Source: an uncultured cyanobacterium (GTDB taxonomy: Bacteria > Cyanobacteriota > Cyanobacteriia > Cyanobacteriales > Nostocaceae). Taken from it: a DNA stretch of 64,000 nucleotides. Below are positions 31,115-41,351 of the stretch, piece by piece (the stretch's first letter is position 1; each line of letters starts with the position of its first letter). The DNA is taken from positions 1,984,001-2,048,000 of the forward strand of contig OY970166.1 of the NCBI GenBank assembly GCA_963706595.1. The letters are read 5' to 3'. The position numbers were made by a program, and so were the translations under genes. The notes under the pieces were generated by a model. The model made no database searches. It worked only from the letters and a program-made list of their open reading frames with translations, and had not been told where the DNA came from.

Positions 31115-31324
31115 TTGACATACCTCCTCTTCCTGAAGGAGAGAGGATTCCTTAACGCTTCATTGGGTTGTGCTATCGAAATAGTCTTACCATCCCTCGA
31201 CGTTCGTTTAAAGTCTCCCAATGCCCTGTGGCGACTATATTCCAATTTTACCAGAAAGCCGTCCTAAAAGGCTTGTACTGAGCTTGCCGAAGTGACGGGG
31301 CTTGTATCCCATTATTTTCGGTCA
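31115..31324 (-). mobile_element. Non-autonomous IS200/IS605-family element (left end plus tnpB 3' remnant / omega-RNA-like right end)
   Basis: Minus strand: TTGAC | TGACCGAAAATAATGGGATACAAGCCCCGTC..TAGGACGGC hairpin ... residual IVATGHWETLNERRGMVR ... hairpin CCTCTCTCCTTCAGGAAGAGGAGG then TATGTCAA. Confidence 0.7.
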
Positions 31325-31340
31325 GTCAAAATTATGTTTT

Positions 31341-31420
31341 GTAGGGTGTGTTGTCGCGTAGCGCAACGCACCATTATAGATTATCGGTGCGTTAGGACTA
31401 AAGTCCATAACGCACCCTAC
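31341..31420. repeat. REP doublet (REPIN-like)
   Basis: Reverse complement of 1334-1413 apart from the central spacer. Confidence 0.75.
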
Positions 31421-31612
31421 CTAAGTTGATGTATGCTGTTACACGCGAAAGCTCCCCTCTCCTTACCAAGGAGAGGGGTTGGGGGTGAGGTTAGTGTTTA
31501 AATCCCCATTCCTCAAAAAACACAGATGAAACATTCACCCTGAACTCTTTGAGAAAGATTAAACTTGGAAAATATCCTCAGTTAGCTTTACTGAAATGAG
31601 CTTGTTTTGATC

Positions 31613-32842
31613 ATGGTTTCCACTTTTCCCAACTCTTCTGTCGATTTATCTCGCGTTCGTCTGGAAATTCGCTCATTGCAACCGCGATTAGTAGAATGGC
31701 GGCGGCGACTGCATCAAAAACCAGAGTTGGGGTTTAAAGAAAAACTCACGGCTGAGTTAGTCTCTAGCCAGTTGCAAGCATGGGGAATTGAACATGAAAC
31801 TGGCATAGCTCAAACTGGTATTGTGGCTATTATTCAGGGAAGCAAACCCGGTGCTGAGAAAGTATTGGCAATTCGGGCTGATATGGATGCTTTGCCAATT
31901 CAAGAACTGAATGAAGTTCCCTATAAATCGCAACATGATGGAGTGATGCACGCTTGTGGACATGATGGACATACTGCGATCGCACTGGGTACAGCTTACC
32001 ATCTTCACAAGCATCGTCATGATTTTAGCGGTACGGTGAAAATGATTTTTCAGCCAGCCGAAGAAGGGCCAGGCGGCGCAAAACCCATGATTGCAGCCGG
32101 GGTACTAAAAAACCCTGATGTGGATGCAATTATCGGGTTACATCTATGGAATAATTTACCATTAGGTACAGTCGGTGTCCGTCCTGGTCCATTAATGGCA
32201 TCTGTAGAGTGCTTTAACTGCACCATTTTGGGTAAAGGTGGACATGGTGCGATGCCTCATCAAACCATTGATTCTATCGTCGTTGCCGCCCAAATCGTCA
32301 ATGCCCTACAAACTATTGTCGCCCGTAACGTCAACCCCATTGATTCAGCCGTGGTGACAGTTGGCGAACTTCATGCCGGCACGAAGCTGAATATCATTGC
32401 AGATAAAGCCCGCATGAGTGGGACTATCAGGTACTTTAACCCTGATTTTAAAGGATTTTTTCACCAGCGAGTTGAGCAAATCATCGCCGGAGTCTGTCAA
32501 AGTCATGGTGCAAAATATGACTTAGAATACTGGAGTCTTTATCCACCAGTCATCAATGATGCGGGTATAGCGGAACTGGTGAAATCAGTAGCAGTAGAAG
32601 TGATTGAAACCCCTATCGGTATTGTCCCAGAATGCCAAACTATGGGCGGTGAAGATATGTCATTTTTCTTACAAGAAGTCCCTGGTTGTTATTTCTTCCT
32701 GGGATCTGCTAACCCTGAGAAAAATTTAGCCTATCCCCATCATCACCCCCGATTTGATTTTGATGAAACAGCCTTAGCAATGGGTGTAGAAATATTTGTT
32801 CGGAGTGTGGAGAAATTTTTGAATAGAGGGAGTGGGGAGTAG
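31613..32842 (+). CDS. M20 family amidohydrolase
   Basis: RRLHQKPELG, RADMDALP, MHACGHDGH, FQPAEEG, GEDMS, HHHPRFDFDE. Confidence 0.92.
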   Translation: MVSTFPNSSVDLSRVRLEIRSLQPRLVEWRRRLHQKPELGFKEKLTAELVSSQLQAWGIEHETGIAQTGIVAIIQGSKPGAEKVLAIRADMDALPIQELNEVPYKSQHDGVMHACGHDGHTAIALGTAYHLHKHRHDFSGTVKMIFQPAEEGPGGAKPMIAAGVLKNPDVDAIIGLHLWNNLPLGTVGVRPGPLMASVECFNCTILGKGGHGAMPHQTIDSIVVAAQIVNALQTIVARNVNPIDSAVVTVGELHAGTKLNIIADKARMSGTIRYFNPDFKGFFHQRVEQIIAGVCQSHGAKYDLEYWSLYPPVINDAGIAELVKSVAVEVIETPIGIVPECQTMGGEDMSFFLQEVPGCYFFLGSANPEKNLAYPHHHPRFDFDETALAMGVEIFVRSVEKFLNRGSGE

Positions 32843-33112
32843 GGAGTGGGGAGTGGGGGGAAGAGGCAGGGGTGCAGGGGGCAGGGGAGAAGATAAGAAG
32901 CAGGGGTGCAGGGGGCAGGGTGCAGGGGGGAAAAGACGCAGGGGTGCAGGGGGCAGGGTGCAGGGGGGAAAAGAGGCAGGGTGCAGGGGGCAGGGTGCAG
33001 GGGGGAAAAGACGCAGGGGTGCAGGGGGCAGGGTGCAGGGGGGAAAAGACGCAGGGGTGCGAAGACGGTAACTTCCCAATGACAAATGACCAATGACCAA
33101 TGACAAATGACT
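32826..33112 (+). repeat. G-rich composite tandem repeat (GGGTGCA/GGGGGCA heptamers in ~38-bp units) followed by (AATGACM)n
   Basis: Repeated AAGACGCAGGGGTGCAGGGGGCAGGGTGCAGGGGGGAA units; partial copy near 36797-36828. Confidence 0.85.
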
Positions 33113-33113
33113 A

Positions 33114-35276
33114 ATGACCTTCTCTAAACTCGCACCTTTTATCCAGGAATACATCTACCATCACAACTGGACTGAATTACGTCCAGTACAATTAGCAGCT
33201 TGTGAAGTTATCTTTAACACTGATGCTCATTTACTAATTCCAGCTGCAACAGCTTCGGGTAAAACAGAAGCAGCATTTTTACCAGTGTTGACTCTATTAC
33301 ATGAAAAACCCGCTAAAAGTATCGGAGTATTATATATTGGTCCCATCAAAGCTTTAATTAACGACCAATTTGAACGCCTCAACGACTTGCTGAAAACAGC
33401 AGATATACCAGTATGGCACTGGCATGGTGATGTCGCGCAAAGTCGTAAAAATAAACTTATTAAGAATCCCCAAGGCATTCTGCAAATTACGCCGGAATCT
33501 TTAGAAAGCTTGTTAATTAATAAGAATAATGACTTGATGCGCTTGTTTGGTGATTTACGATTTGTGATCATCGATGAAATTCATTCCTTTATGGGTTCTG
33601 AACGTGGTTGTCAAATTATTTGCCAATTACAGCGTTTAGCCCACTTGACAAAAACCCAACCTCGCCGCATTGGTTTATCAGCCACTCTCGGTAATTATGC
33701 AATGGCTGAAGAGTGGTTGCGTTCTGGAACTGACAAGCCAGTAATTACCCCCAATATCACCGCCGAAAAACGCCAAATTAAGCTGGCTGTAGAACATTTT
33801 TATCTGAATAATGAAATCGATGAATCAGAAGCTACAGCTTACGAGAAATATATTTTTAACCTCAGCAAATCTCGTAAATGTCTGATTTTTGCGAATAATC
33901 GCACCCAAACTGAATCAGTAATTGCATCCTTACGCCGAATTGCTACAGAACAAGCATTACCAGATATCTATCACGTACATCATGGCAGCATCTCTGCTAG
34001 TTTACGCCAATCTGCGGAAAATGCGATGCGAGAACCTCACAATCCGGCTGTGACTGCTGCGACTTTAACTTTAGAATTAGGCATAGATATTGGTCATTTA
34101 GAGCGAGTTATTCAGTTAGAATCCCCTTTGTCTGTTGCTAGTTTTTTACAACGTTTAGGACGCAGTGGGAGGAGAGGCGAAGCTGCTGATATGCGCTTGA
34201 TTTGTGGGGAAAATCAACCATTAGCTGAAGCACCTTTACCAGAACAAATTCCTTGGCAACTTTTACAATGTATTGCCATTATTCAACTTTATCTAGAAGA
34301 ACGTTGGATTGAACCGATACAATCAATTAAATATCCTTTGAGTTTGCTATATCATCAGACAATGAGCATTTTGGTAGCAACAGGAGAAATGACACCTGCG
34401 GCTTTAGCTAAACAGATTTTAAACTTATCACCTTTTGCGGCTATTTCTTCAGCAGAATTTAAGCTATTATTACGCTATTTAATTGATATAGACCATATTC
34501 ATCAAACAGAACAAGGTAAATTAATCATTGGATTGGCTGGAGAAAAGATAGTCGGAAAATTTCAGTTTTATGCTGTCTTTGCTGACAATCAAGAATATGC
34601 AGTCAAGCAAGGGACAACGGAAATTGGCAGTATTGCTATACCTTCGCCTGTGGGGAATCAATTCGCCTTAGCCGGAAGAACTTGGGAAGTTTTAGAAGTT
34701 GACTTCAAAAAAAAGGTAATTTGGGTGAAGCAAGTAGCAGGTAAAGCTACTATTTATTGGCGGGGCGGTAGTGGTAGTATTCACAGCAAAGTTTTGCAAA
34801 GAATGCGGCAAGTATTACTAGAAGATATAGAATATAGTTACTTACAAAAAAATGCTCAATCACGTTTAAAATTAGTTCGGCAAGTGACCCGAAATGCTGG
34901 ATTAGATAAAGGAAATATTTTACAATTAGAAAAAGGTAAATGCTGCATCTTTCCTTGGATGGGTACAGTGGCTTACCGGACTTTGGAAAGATTGCTTAAT
35001 TCTTTGTGTCGAGAATCGTTAGAAATTAATAGTATTGGTGGGGTGAATCCTTATTATTTGACAATCAAATTAGGTAAAGATAAATTTAAACATCTGCAAA
35101 CAGAACTTGTTTCTTTGTGTGAACAAAGAATTACCGCAGAAGATTTAGTCAGTTCCGCAGAAGCCCCAGAACTGCAAAAGTATGATCAATTTATCCCCCA
35201 TTCGCTGTTACGAAAAGCGTTTACTGAAGATTATTTAGATATTCTAGAAGTTAAGCAGCAAATTTTACTTTGGTAG
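33114..35276 (+). CDS. DEAD/DEAH-box helicase, Lhr-like (SngC-like)
   Basis: ATASGKT, ITPESLE, DEIH, LSAT, HHGS, TLELGIDIG, QRLGRSGR. Confidence 0.88.
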   Translation: MTFSKLAPFIQEYIYHHNWTELRPVQLAACEVIFNTDAHLLIPAATASGKTEAAFLPVLTLLHEKPAKSIGVLYIGPIKALINDQFERLNDLLKTADIPVWHWHGDVAQSRKNKLIKNPQGILQITPESLESLLINKNNDLMRLFGDLRFVIIDEIHSFMGSERGCQIICQLQRLAHLTKTQPRRIGLSATLGNYAMAEEWLRSGTDKPVITPNITAEKRQIKLAVEHFYLNNEIDESEATAYEKYIFNLSKSRKCLIFANNRTQTESVIASLRRIATEQALPDIYHVHHGSISASLRQSAENAMREPHNPAVTAATLTLELGIDIGHLERVIQLESPLSVASFLQRLGRSGRRGEAADMRLICGENQPLAEAPLPEQIPWQLLQCIAIIQLYLEERWIEPIQSIKYPLSLLYHQTMSILVATGEMTPAALAKQILNLSPFAAISSAEFKLLLRYLIDIDHIHQTEQGKLIIGLAGEKIVGKFQFYAVFADNQEYAVKQGTTEIGSIAIPSPVGNQFALAGRTWEVLEVDFKKKVIWVKQVAGKATIYWRGGSGSIHSKVLQRMRQVLLEDIEYSYLQKNAQSRLKLVRQVTRNAGLDKGNILQLEKGKCCIFPWMGTVAYRTLERLLNSLCRESLEINSIGGVNPYYLTIKLGKDKFKHLQTELVSLCEQRITAEDLVSSAEAPELQKYDQFIPHSLLRKAFTEDYLDILEVKQQILLW

Positions 35277-35288
35277 TTAATTAAAATC

Positions 35289-35873
35289 ATGTCCATTGCC
35301 CCTTGGCGAAGCGCGATCGCTCGTGCGCTGCATCGTAATCGTAGCCTAGTTTACGCCCGTTACCTACAAATAGCAACAGTCCGGGAAAACAATCGTCCTG
35401 CTAACCGTACCGTTGTGTTTCGTGGTTTTCTGGAAGATAGCAACCAGTTAAAATTTATTACTGATGCCCGCAGTGATAAAGTTGAGCAAATAGAACAACA
35501 ACCTTGGGCAGAAATTTGTTGGTACTTCCCCAACACGCGAGAACAATTTCGCATTTCTGGCTGCTTAACTTTAATCGGAGAAAATGATTCCCACCCCATT
35601 CTCCAACCAGCCCGGAGCAAAATTTGGCAAGAACTAAGTGATGCAGCGCGTTTACAATTTGCTTGGCCTGATCCTGGTAAACCCAGAGTAGATAAACCAG
35701 AAGCCTTTGAACCATCACCACCTAATCCCGCCCAGCCGATGCCCAATTTTTGTCTCCTGTTACTCGACCCCCAGGAGGTAGACCATTTAGAATTGCGGGG
35801 TGAACCACAAAATCGCCGAATTTACTGCCGCAATGAGCAGCAAGAATGGTCTAGCGCGGAAATTAATCCTTAG
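35289..35873 (+). CDS. Pyridoxamine 5'-phosphate oxidase-like FMN-binding protein
   Basis: QIATV...PANRTVVFRG, TDARSDK, EICWYF...QFRISG. Confidence 0.85.
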   Translation: MSIAPWRSAIARALHRNRSLVYARYLQIATVRENNRPANRTVVFRGFLEDSNQLKFITDARSDKVEQIEQQPWAEICWYFPNTREQFRISGCLTLIGENDSHPILQPARSKIWQELSDAARLQFAWPDPGKPRVDKPEAFEPSPPNPAQPMPNFCLLLLDPQEVDHLELRGEPQNRRIYCRNEQQEWSSAEINP

Positions 35874-35945
35874 TCATTAGTCATTAGTCATTAGGAAGTT
35901 ACAATCCTTCCCCCCCTGCTCCCTGCCCCCTGCTCCCCTGCCTCT

Positions 35946-36710
35946 TTAAATCCCCGCACCATCGAGAAATTGTTGAATTGCTTTATCTCTGAGGCTACAC
36001 AAGGGAGCATCTTTTAACAAATCACTGTCAGGAGAAACTACAGAAACGGCCAAAACATGAGTTTTTGGAGAAGTCTGATTGTTTTGGAGATTTTGGACTT
36101 GTTGTTCTAACGATTCAATTCGATCAACTAAGGCACGAATGACTTCAGCTTCGGAATCTGGTAAATTGTTGTGTTCGAGGGGAGCAACTCGCGCACCAGA
36201 ACGATAGACAACCCGACCGGGTACGCCGACCACTGTGCAATCAGTAGGCACATCCCTGAGAACAACTGACCCAGCACCAATGCGGACATTATTACCAATT
36301 TGAATATTACCCAGCACCTTTGCACCGGCTCCGACTACGACATTTTCCCCGACAGTGGGATGGCGCTTGCCGGTTTGTTTACCAGTTCCCCCAAGGGTGA
36401 CACCTTGATAAATTAAGGTATAATCCCCCACTATCGCCGTTTCACCAATTACCACGCCCATACCGTGGTCAATAAACACACCCAGTCCAATTGTTGCGCC
36501 TGGATGGATTTCGATTCCTGTTAAAAACCTCGCTGTGTGAGAAATTAAGCGGGGGAAGAAGGGCAGACCAATATGGTAGAGCCAGTGAGCTAGCCGGTGG
36601 AATAGCAGGGCTTGCAAACCTGGGTAACAAAACAAGACCTCTAGCCAGTTACGGGCAGCCGGGTCACGTTCAAATATGATGCGAAAATCAGCACGTAGTC
36701 TAGATAGCAC
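35946..36710 (-). CDS. cysE: Serine O-acetyltransferase
   Basis: [30 protein letters not shown]. Confidence 0.95.
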   Translation of the reverse strand: MLSRLRADFRIIFERDPAARNWLEVLFCYPGLQALLFHRLAHWLYHIGLPFFPRLISHTARFLTGIEIHPGATIGLGVFIDHGMGVVIGETAIVGDYTLIYQGVTLGGTGKQTGKRHPTVGENVVVGAGAKVLGNIQIGNNVRIGAGSVVLRDVPTDCTVVGVPGRVVYRSGARVAPLEHNNLPDSEAEVIRALVDRIESLEQQVQNLQNNQTSPKTHVLAVSVVSPDSDLLKDAPLCSLRDKAIQQFLDGAGI

Positions 36711-36891
36711 GAGATAGTACCCTCGGAAAGCAAAACGAGCTACTTTCCCATAATATCGTTCCTGGTGTCAACTCTGAAATTTGGGGAGTAGGAAGAGGCA
36801 GAGGTGCAGGGGGCAGGGTGCAGGGGGGAATTGGACTCGGAGCAAAATTTTTATCCCTTTTTCCCGTTCTTTTTTTCTGGCGATTGGGGAG

Positions 36892-37392
36892 TTATTTCTG
36901 CTGCACCGTTAGAGTATAGTTACGCCTGATGCCAGGATTAAAAGTACCTACCCAAATTTTATAAGTACCACTTTTAAAGTCTTTGTCTTCAAAGCTGGCA
37001 TCTTTGTTTGTACCAGTGTCATCGCCGCAGCGAATTGTTTTTTCGTCTGGACCTTGGATGAGTAAGGTGGTGTCATACCCGCCACTTTTAACGAGTATGT
37101 TTAGCCGAGCAAAGTCTTTTTCCAACTTCAAAATGTGATCTGGTAGGGGGTCAGCAAAACCGACGCAGGCATTTCTATCGCGATCGCGTCTGCTAATCTC
37201 AGACAGGGAGTAAGAACCACCTGTGTTACCAGTAAGTATTCCTGCTGCTGGCTCAAAATCCGGTGCTAGGCTTAATTTTCCAAAATGTGATGTATTTGCT
37301 ATTGCTGGTGTAGCTGTAATGGCGGCAATCATCGCTACCATCCAGCTACCTCGAAAATGATACCGAGGGCGACGGTATTTCATAAGGAGCAT
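36892..37392 (-). CDS. Hypothetical secreted protein (PPC-like)
   Basis: Signal peptide; PDHIL, DTTLLIQGP, RCGDD, GTYKIWVG. Confidence 0.7.
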   Translation of the reverse strand: MLLMKYRRPRYHFRGSWMVAMIAAITATPAIANTSHFGKLSLAPDFEPAAGILTGNTGGSYSLSEISRRDRDRNACVGFADPLPDHILKLEKDFARLNILVKSGGYDTTLLIQGPDEKTIRCGDDTGTNKDASFEDKDFKSGTYKIWVGTFNPGIRRNYTLTVQQK

Positions 37393-37541
37393 CTCAACAC
37401 GCTTTTATCTCGATGATATATACAACATTTTTTCGTGCAACAATTCCAGATAACTTTTTAGACAATTGGCAAATTTCACAGTAGGGATCAAAGAAAAAAT
37501 ATCACAAAACGTTTTGTTTGTTTACCCTCTGTAAAAATTTA

Positions 37542-39206
37542 TCAGTCCAAAAATCGGAATAATATTCCACCTTTGAGCAATCCTTTCTCGCTACCGTAAC
37601 TGCTGATAGTGAGCGATCGCAGGTCTTGGAAAAACGGTTTACCTACAACTTCTACTAACGGCAAAATCGGCAATTGACGCTCTAACAGCGTTTGGCTTTT
37701 TGTCCAATCGAGATACACATACCCCTGATTCGGTTGGGGAATCGCCGCGATACTATCTTGGAAATTGCGTTCGCTGATCAAAGAACCGTTTTTGGTGGTG
37801 ATCACTTCGTTCAAAGTTTCCAAATTCGAGGCGAAAATCTCGTAATTTCCGAGAGTCGTGTGTACTCCCTGGACTTTAGCCTCAATAGCAAATGCTGGAC
37901 GTGCTTGAGTATCAGTTTCTTGAGTTACAGCATTTAACTCTGTCCAAGCAAAGATTTTTTGTTGATTCAAGTTGAAAGAACTAATACTGAGTCCACGGGA
38001 TGAGGCGATCGCATCTAAACGAGAAATTCCTTCAGGGACATCCTCTAGTTTTTCCACCACAAACACCCAATCAGCAGCGCCTTCTCCAGCATGGGGTAAC
38101 ACCGCTAAGGCATATTCTCCTGTTACCCAACTAAAGATATCCTCTCCCAAGTTTATACCCTGGTTGTTTTGCAATTCTGCCAAGGGTTTTACCACAGTAG
38201 AAATTGCATCCGTTCCAGAACCAGAGAGAGCCGTTTTTACTTGTGTCCAGAGTTTAGCTAAATCACTATTACCCAAATTATCTAAATGAGAACTGGAAAT
38301 CACCAAACCCGCCCCATCTGGTATATATTCTAACGCCTTGACAGTTTTACTCAGTGGTTCAGAAACGGGCGTAATTTCCGAGTCAGTTAGGAAATTAGTT
38401 TCTGCTAGCAGTCCTTTAGGGTTCAAAGATAAAGAAATAATTTGGCTATCAAAGGTGGCTGCTGGTAGTTCTAAACCTTGCCATTCTGCCACGGCGGGAA
38501 GATTGAGAAAAGCCGTAGCTAAGGACGCTTTAGGCAATTTTTGGGCGGCTTTTTGGTATTTGGGCGAACTGGACAAATTCAAATCAGGAGCCTGGACATT
38601 ATTAATTGCGTCTCGCAGCACCTTCAGATCATTAGCAAATAAAACAAAGCCATCCACAACTGCACCAGCGAGGGAATCTTGCTGTGGTTGGGAATTGTCA
38701 GATATTAACTTTACGCCTTCATATTCCTCCACAGCCAAATTTGCGCCAGCCAATACCCTGCGAGAAAATAGTAAGTCTAAAAACTCACGGCTTTTTTCTG
38801 GTTTTTCGGTAGCAAGTGCCATTAAATACCCTGGCTGCTTTCCGTTCTCTGGATCACGGTCAATATCTACAGTAGTGACGGAGAGGGTGATTTCATTTCC
38901 CAGCCAGGGCTGAATATCTTGTTTGTAGTCTATGCCACTTTTAGCCAATAAACTGGTTTTGAGTTGAGATAATTCCCCTTTACGCTCCAACGATTGTAAG
39001 CGTTCAGGATTGGTCAGTAACGAAACCGTCACCGGAGCCAGTTTTGAGACGAATATAGCCGCATTGGCCTGTGAGGTAGAGGCGAATAACTTAACCGGAG
39101 AAGGAGCGAAAAACCAGTAAAAACCTGCGACTATGATTAGAAGTGCGATCGCAGCACCAGCCGCCACGAAACCAAAGAACGAGCGTTGACTATTGACATT
39201 AGACAT
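37542..39206 (-). CDS. DUF3352-like protein
   Basis: N-terminal TM; DYKQDIQPWLGNEI and DIFSWVTGEYAL motifs. Confidence 0.75.
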   Translation of the reverse strand: MSNVNSQRSFFGFVAAGAAIALLIIVAGFYWFFAPSPVKLFASTSQANAAIFVSKLAPVTVSLLTNPERLQSLERKGELSQLKTSLLAKSGIDYKQDIQPWLGNEITLSVTTVDIDRDPENGKQPGYLMALATEKPEKSREFLDLLFSRRVLAGANLAVEEYEGVKLISDNSQPQQDSLAGAVVDGFVLFANDLKVLRDAINNVQAPDLNLSSSPKYQKAAQKLPKASLATAFLNLPAVAEWQGLELPAATFDSQIISLSLNPKGLLAETNFLTDSEITPVSEPLSKTVKALEYIPDGAGLVISSSHLDNLGNSDLAKLWTQVKTALSGSGTDAISTVVKPLAELQNNQGINLGEDIFSWVTGEYALAVLPHAGEGAADWVFVVEKLEDVPEGISRLDAIASSRGLSISSFNLNQQKIFAWTELNAVTQETDTQARPAFAIEAKVQGVHTTLGNYEIFASNLETLNEVITTKNGSLISERNFQDSIAAIPQPNQGYVYLDWTKSQTLLERQLPILPLVEVVGKPFFQDLRSLTISSYGSEKGLLKGGILFRFLD

Positions 39207-39375
39207 ACTAAACCAGAAATAAATTTTACACGGTTATATTTGCCAGCCCAGAGGCTAGGGATCAGGAAGCGAATCTCAGTATTTTCTGATAACTACTTCC
39301 CTGGGAAGAGATGCTGATGCTAGGAGACAGATTTTCTGTCACCATAAAGGATATAAGGTTGTTTACAAAAATCTC

Positions 39376-39735
39376 ATGACAGGGAATCCTTCTGGTCAAC
39401 TCATTACTCAGATTAGTGTAGAGGAATTGGCGCAACGTCTGTCTTCTGGTGATGCAAGTATTCAGTTAGTAGATGTGCGCGAACCTCAAGAACTAGCAGC
39501 CGCTAGAATTGAAGGCTTTGTCAACCTACCCCTGAGTGAATTTGTGGAATGGGGAGATCAAGTCCCCACCATGTTCAATCCCCAAGCTGAAACCCTTGTG
39601 TTATGTCACCACGGCATTCGCTCTGCTCAGATGTGCCAGTGGCTAATGGTTCAAGGGTTTACAAATGTTAAAAATATTACAGGTGGCATTGATGCCTATT
39701 CTCTATTAGTTGATGATTCAATTCCCCAATATTAG
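39376..39735 (+). CDS. Rhodanese-like protein
   Basis: LVDVREPQE, LCHHGIRS, GGIDAY. Confidence 0.9.
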   Translation: MTGNPSGQLITQISVEELAQRLSSGDASIQLVDVREPQELAAARIEGFVNLPLSEFVEWGDQVPTMFNPQAETLVLCHHGIRSAQMCQWLMVQGFTNVKNITGGIDAYSLLVDDSIPQY

Positions 39736-39778
39736 TCATTAGTCATTAGTCATTAGTCATTAGTCACTAGTCATTAGT
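39733..39778 (+). repeat. STRR heptamer tract (TAGTCAT)n
   Basis: About six units; the same unit occurs at ~16905-16932 and ~35871-35894. Confidence 0.85.
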
Positions 39779-40241
39779 TGTTGAAGCTGCATACCCCGCC
39801 CCTTGGCTACGCAACTCAAGCTATCGTGGGTATGGTTAACGATGGACTAAAGACCAAGGACTAATGATTCCACCTAGCGGTTTGATCATCCTCTGAAAGA
39901 TGGCGTTGCGAAGATGCGGCTGATATTTCCCTCTGAGCAATGCTATTCTTAACACAATACCCTCTCAGGTGATGATCTAGCAAACAAAACTCCCGACTCT
40001 CAGCAGCAGTTGGACTTTACTCATTTTGCATATATGAATTTTGTCTAAAAATAAGTATGTTTAAATACAGGTTTTTTGTTCAAAAGCTGCAATAATACTG
40101 AAAAATGCTAACTTTGCTTGGAACACACAACAAAATTAAATAATTTGCTAAATTAATTAACTATTATTCATAAAATCTGGCTTTGAAATCTCTAAAATTT
40201 TCCCAGTTTAGTCAAAATTTGCCTTCAGCAAAACATACCCT

Positions 40242-41339
40242 ATGCAAGTCCAGTTAACGAATCGACAACAGCATATACTTTGGGCAACAGTACGCCACTA
40301 TATCGCTACAGCAGAACCTGTAGGTTCAAAAGCTTTGGTTGATGAGTATAATCTGGGTGTGAGTTCAGCCACAATTCGGAATGTGATGGGCGTGTTAGAA
40401 AAATCTGGGTTACTTTACCAGCCACACACCTCTGCTGGACGCATACCTTCAGACTCAGGCTATCGGATTTATGTTGACCAATTAATTACACCTGGTCTGC
40501 GAGATGCGACGCGCACGGATGTTTTAGCCAAGGAGGTAGAACTGGCGCTGCAAAATCGACTCCACTGGGAAGATTGGAGTTTGGAAGCCGTACTCCAAGG
40601 CGCAGCGCAAATTTTAGCCACCGTGAGTGGCTGCATTAGCTTAATCACTATGCCGCAAACCACTACAGCAATCTTGCGACATCTGCAATTGGTGCAAATT
40701 GAAGCCAATAAGATCATGCTAATTGTGGTAACGGATGATTATGAGACACATTCTAGGCTGATGAATTTGTCGCCCACCGAGGAAGAAGCAAAACTTGATC
40801 CAGAGGGAATAGATCATGAATTACAGATTGTTTCTAATTTTTTGAATACCCACTTGCGGGGACGCAGTTTATTGGAATTAGCCAGCTTGGACTGGAGTGA
40901 GTTAGATCAGGAATTCCAACGCTATGGCGAATTCTTGAAAGGTTCAGTTGCAGAATTAACTCGTCGTAATTTGACACCAACTACAACTCAAATTATGGTT
41001 CGGGGGGTGGCTGAAGTTTTGCGTCAGCCAGAATTTTCTCAATTACAGCAAGCACAGACAATTATCCACCTGCTGGAAGAAGAACAAGACCAACTGTGGC
41101 AATTAATCTTTGCAGAACCGGAAGGAGAAGAGTTAGGTAAGTCCAGGGTAACGGTTCGCATTGGTACAGAAAATCCCCTAGAACCGATACGTACTTGCAC
41201 CTTAATTACTTCTACCTATCGCCGTGGTTTGCTACCTGTAGGAAGTGTGGGAGTTTTGGGACCGACACGCCTGGATTATGATAGCGCGATCGCAGTTGTC
41301 GCGGCTGCGGCTGATTACCTCTCAGACGCTTTTCGTTAA
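40242..41339 (+). CDS. hrcA: Heat-inducible transcriptional repressor HrcA
   Basis: [36 protein letters not shown]. Confidence 0.95.
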   Translation: MQVQLTNRQQHILWATVRHYIATAEPVGSKALVDEYNLGVSSATIRNVMGVLEKSGLLYQPHTSAGRIPSDSGYRIYVDQLITPGLRDATRTDVLAKEVELALQNRLHWEDWSLEAVLQGAAQILATVSGCISLITMPQTTTAILRHLQLVQIEANKIMLIVVTDDYETHSRLMNLSPTEEEAKLDPEGIDHELQIVSNFLNTHLRGRSLLELASLDWSELDQEFQRYGEFLKGSVAELTRRNLTPTTTQIMVRGVAEVLRQPEFSQLQQAQTIIHLLEEEQDQLWQLIFAEPEGEELGKSRVTVRIGTENPLEPIRTCTLITSTYRRGLLPVGSVGVLGPTRLDYDSAIAVVAAAADYLSDAFR

Positions 41340-41351
41340 CTTATTTAAATT

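Noticed and set aside
32743..33154. Pro/Cys/Gly-rich ORFs on both strands
   Set aside because: Artefacts of the G-rich tandem repeat, which lacks stop codons.
39780..40241. CIRCE element or structured RNA upstream of hrcA
   Set aside because: No TTAGCACTC-N9-GAGTGCTAA found; the inverted repeat at about 39880-39985 is too weak to call.
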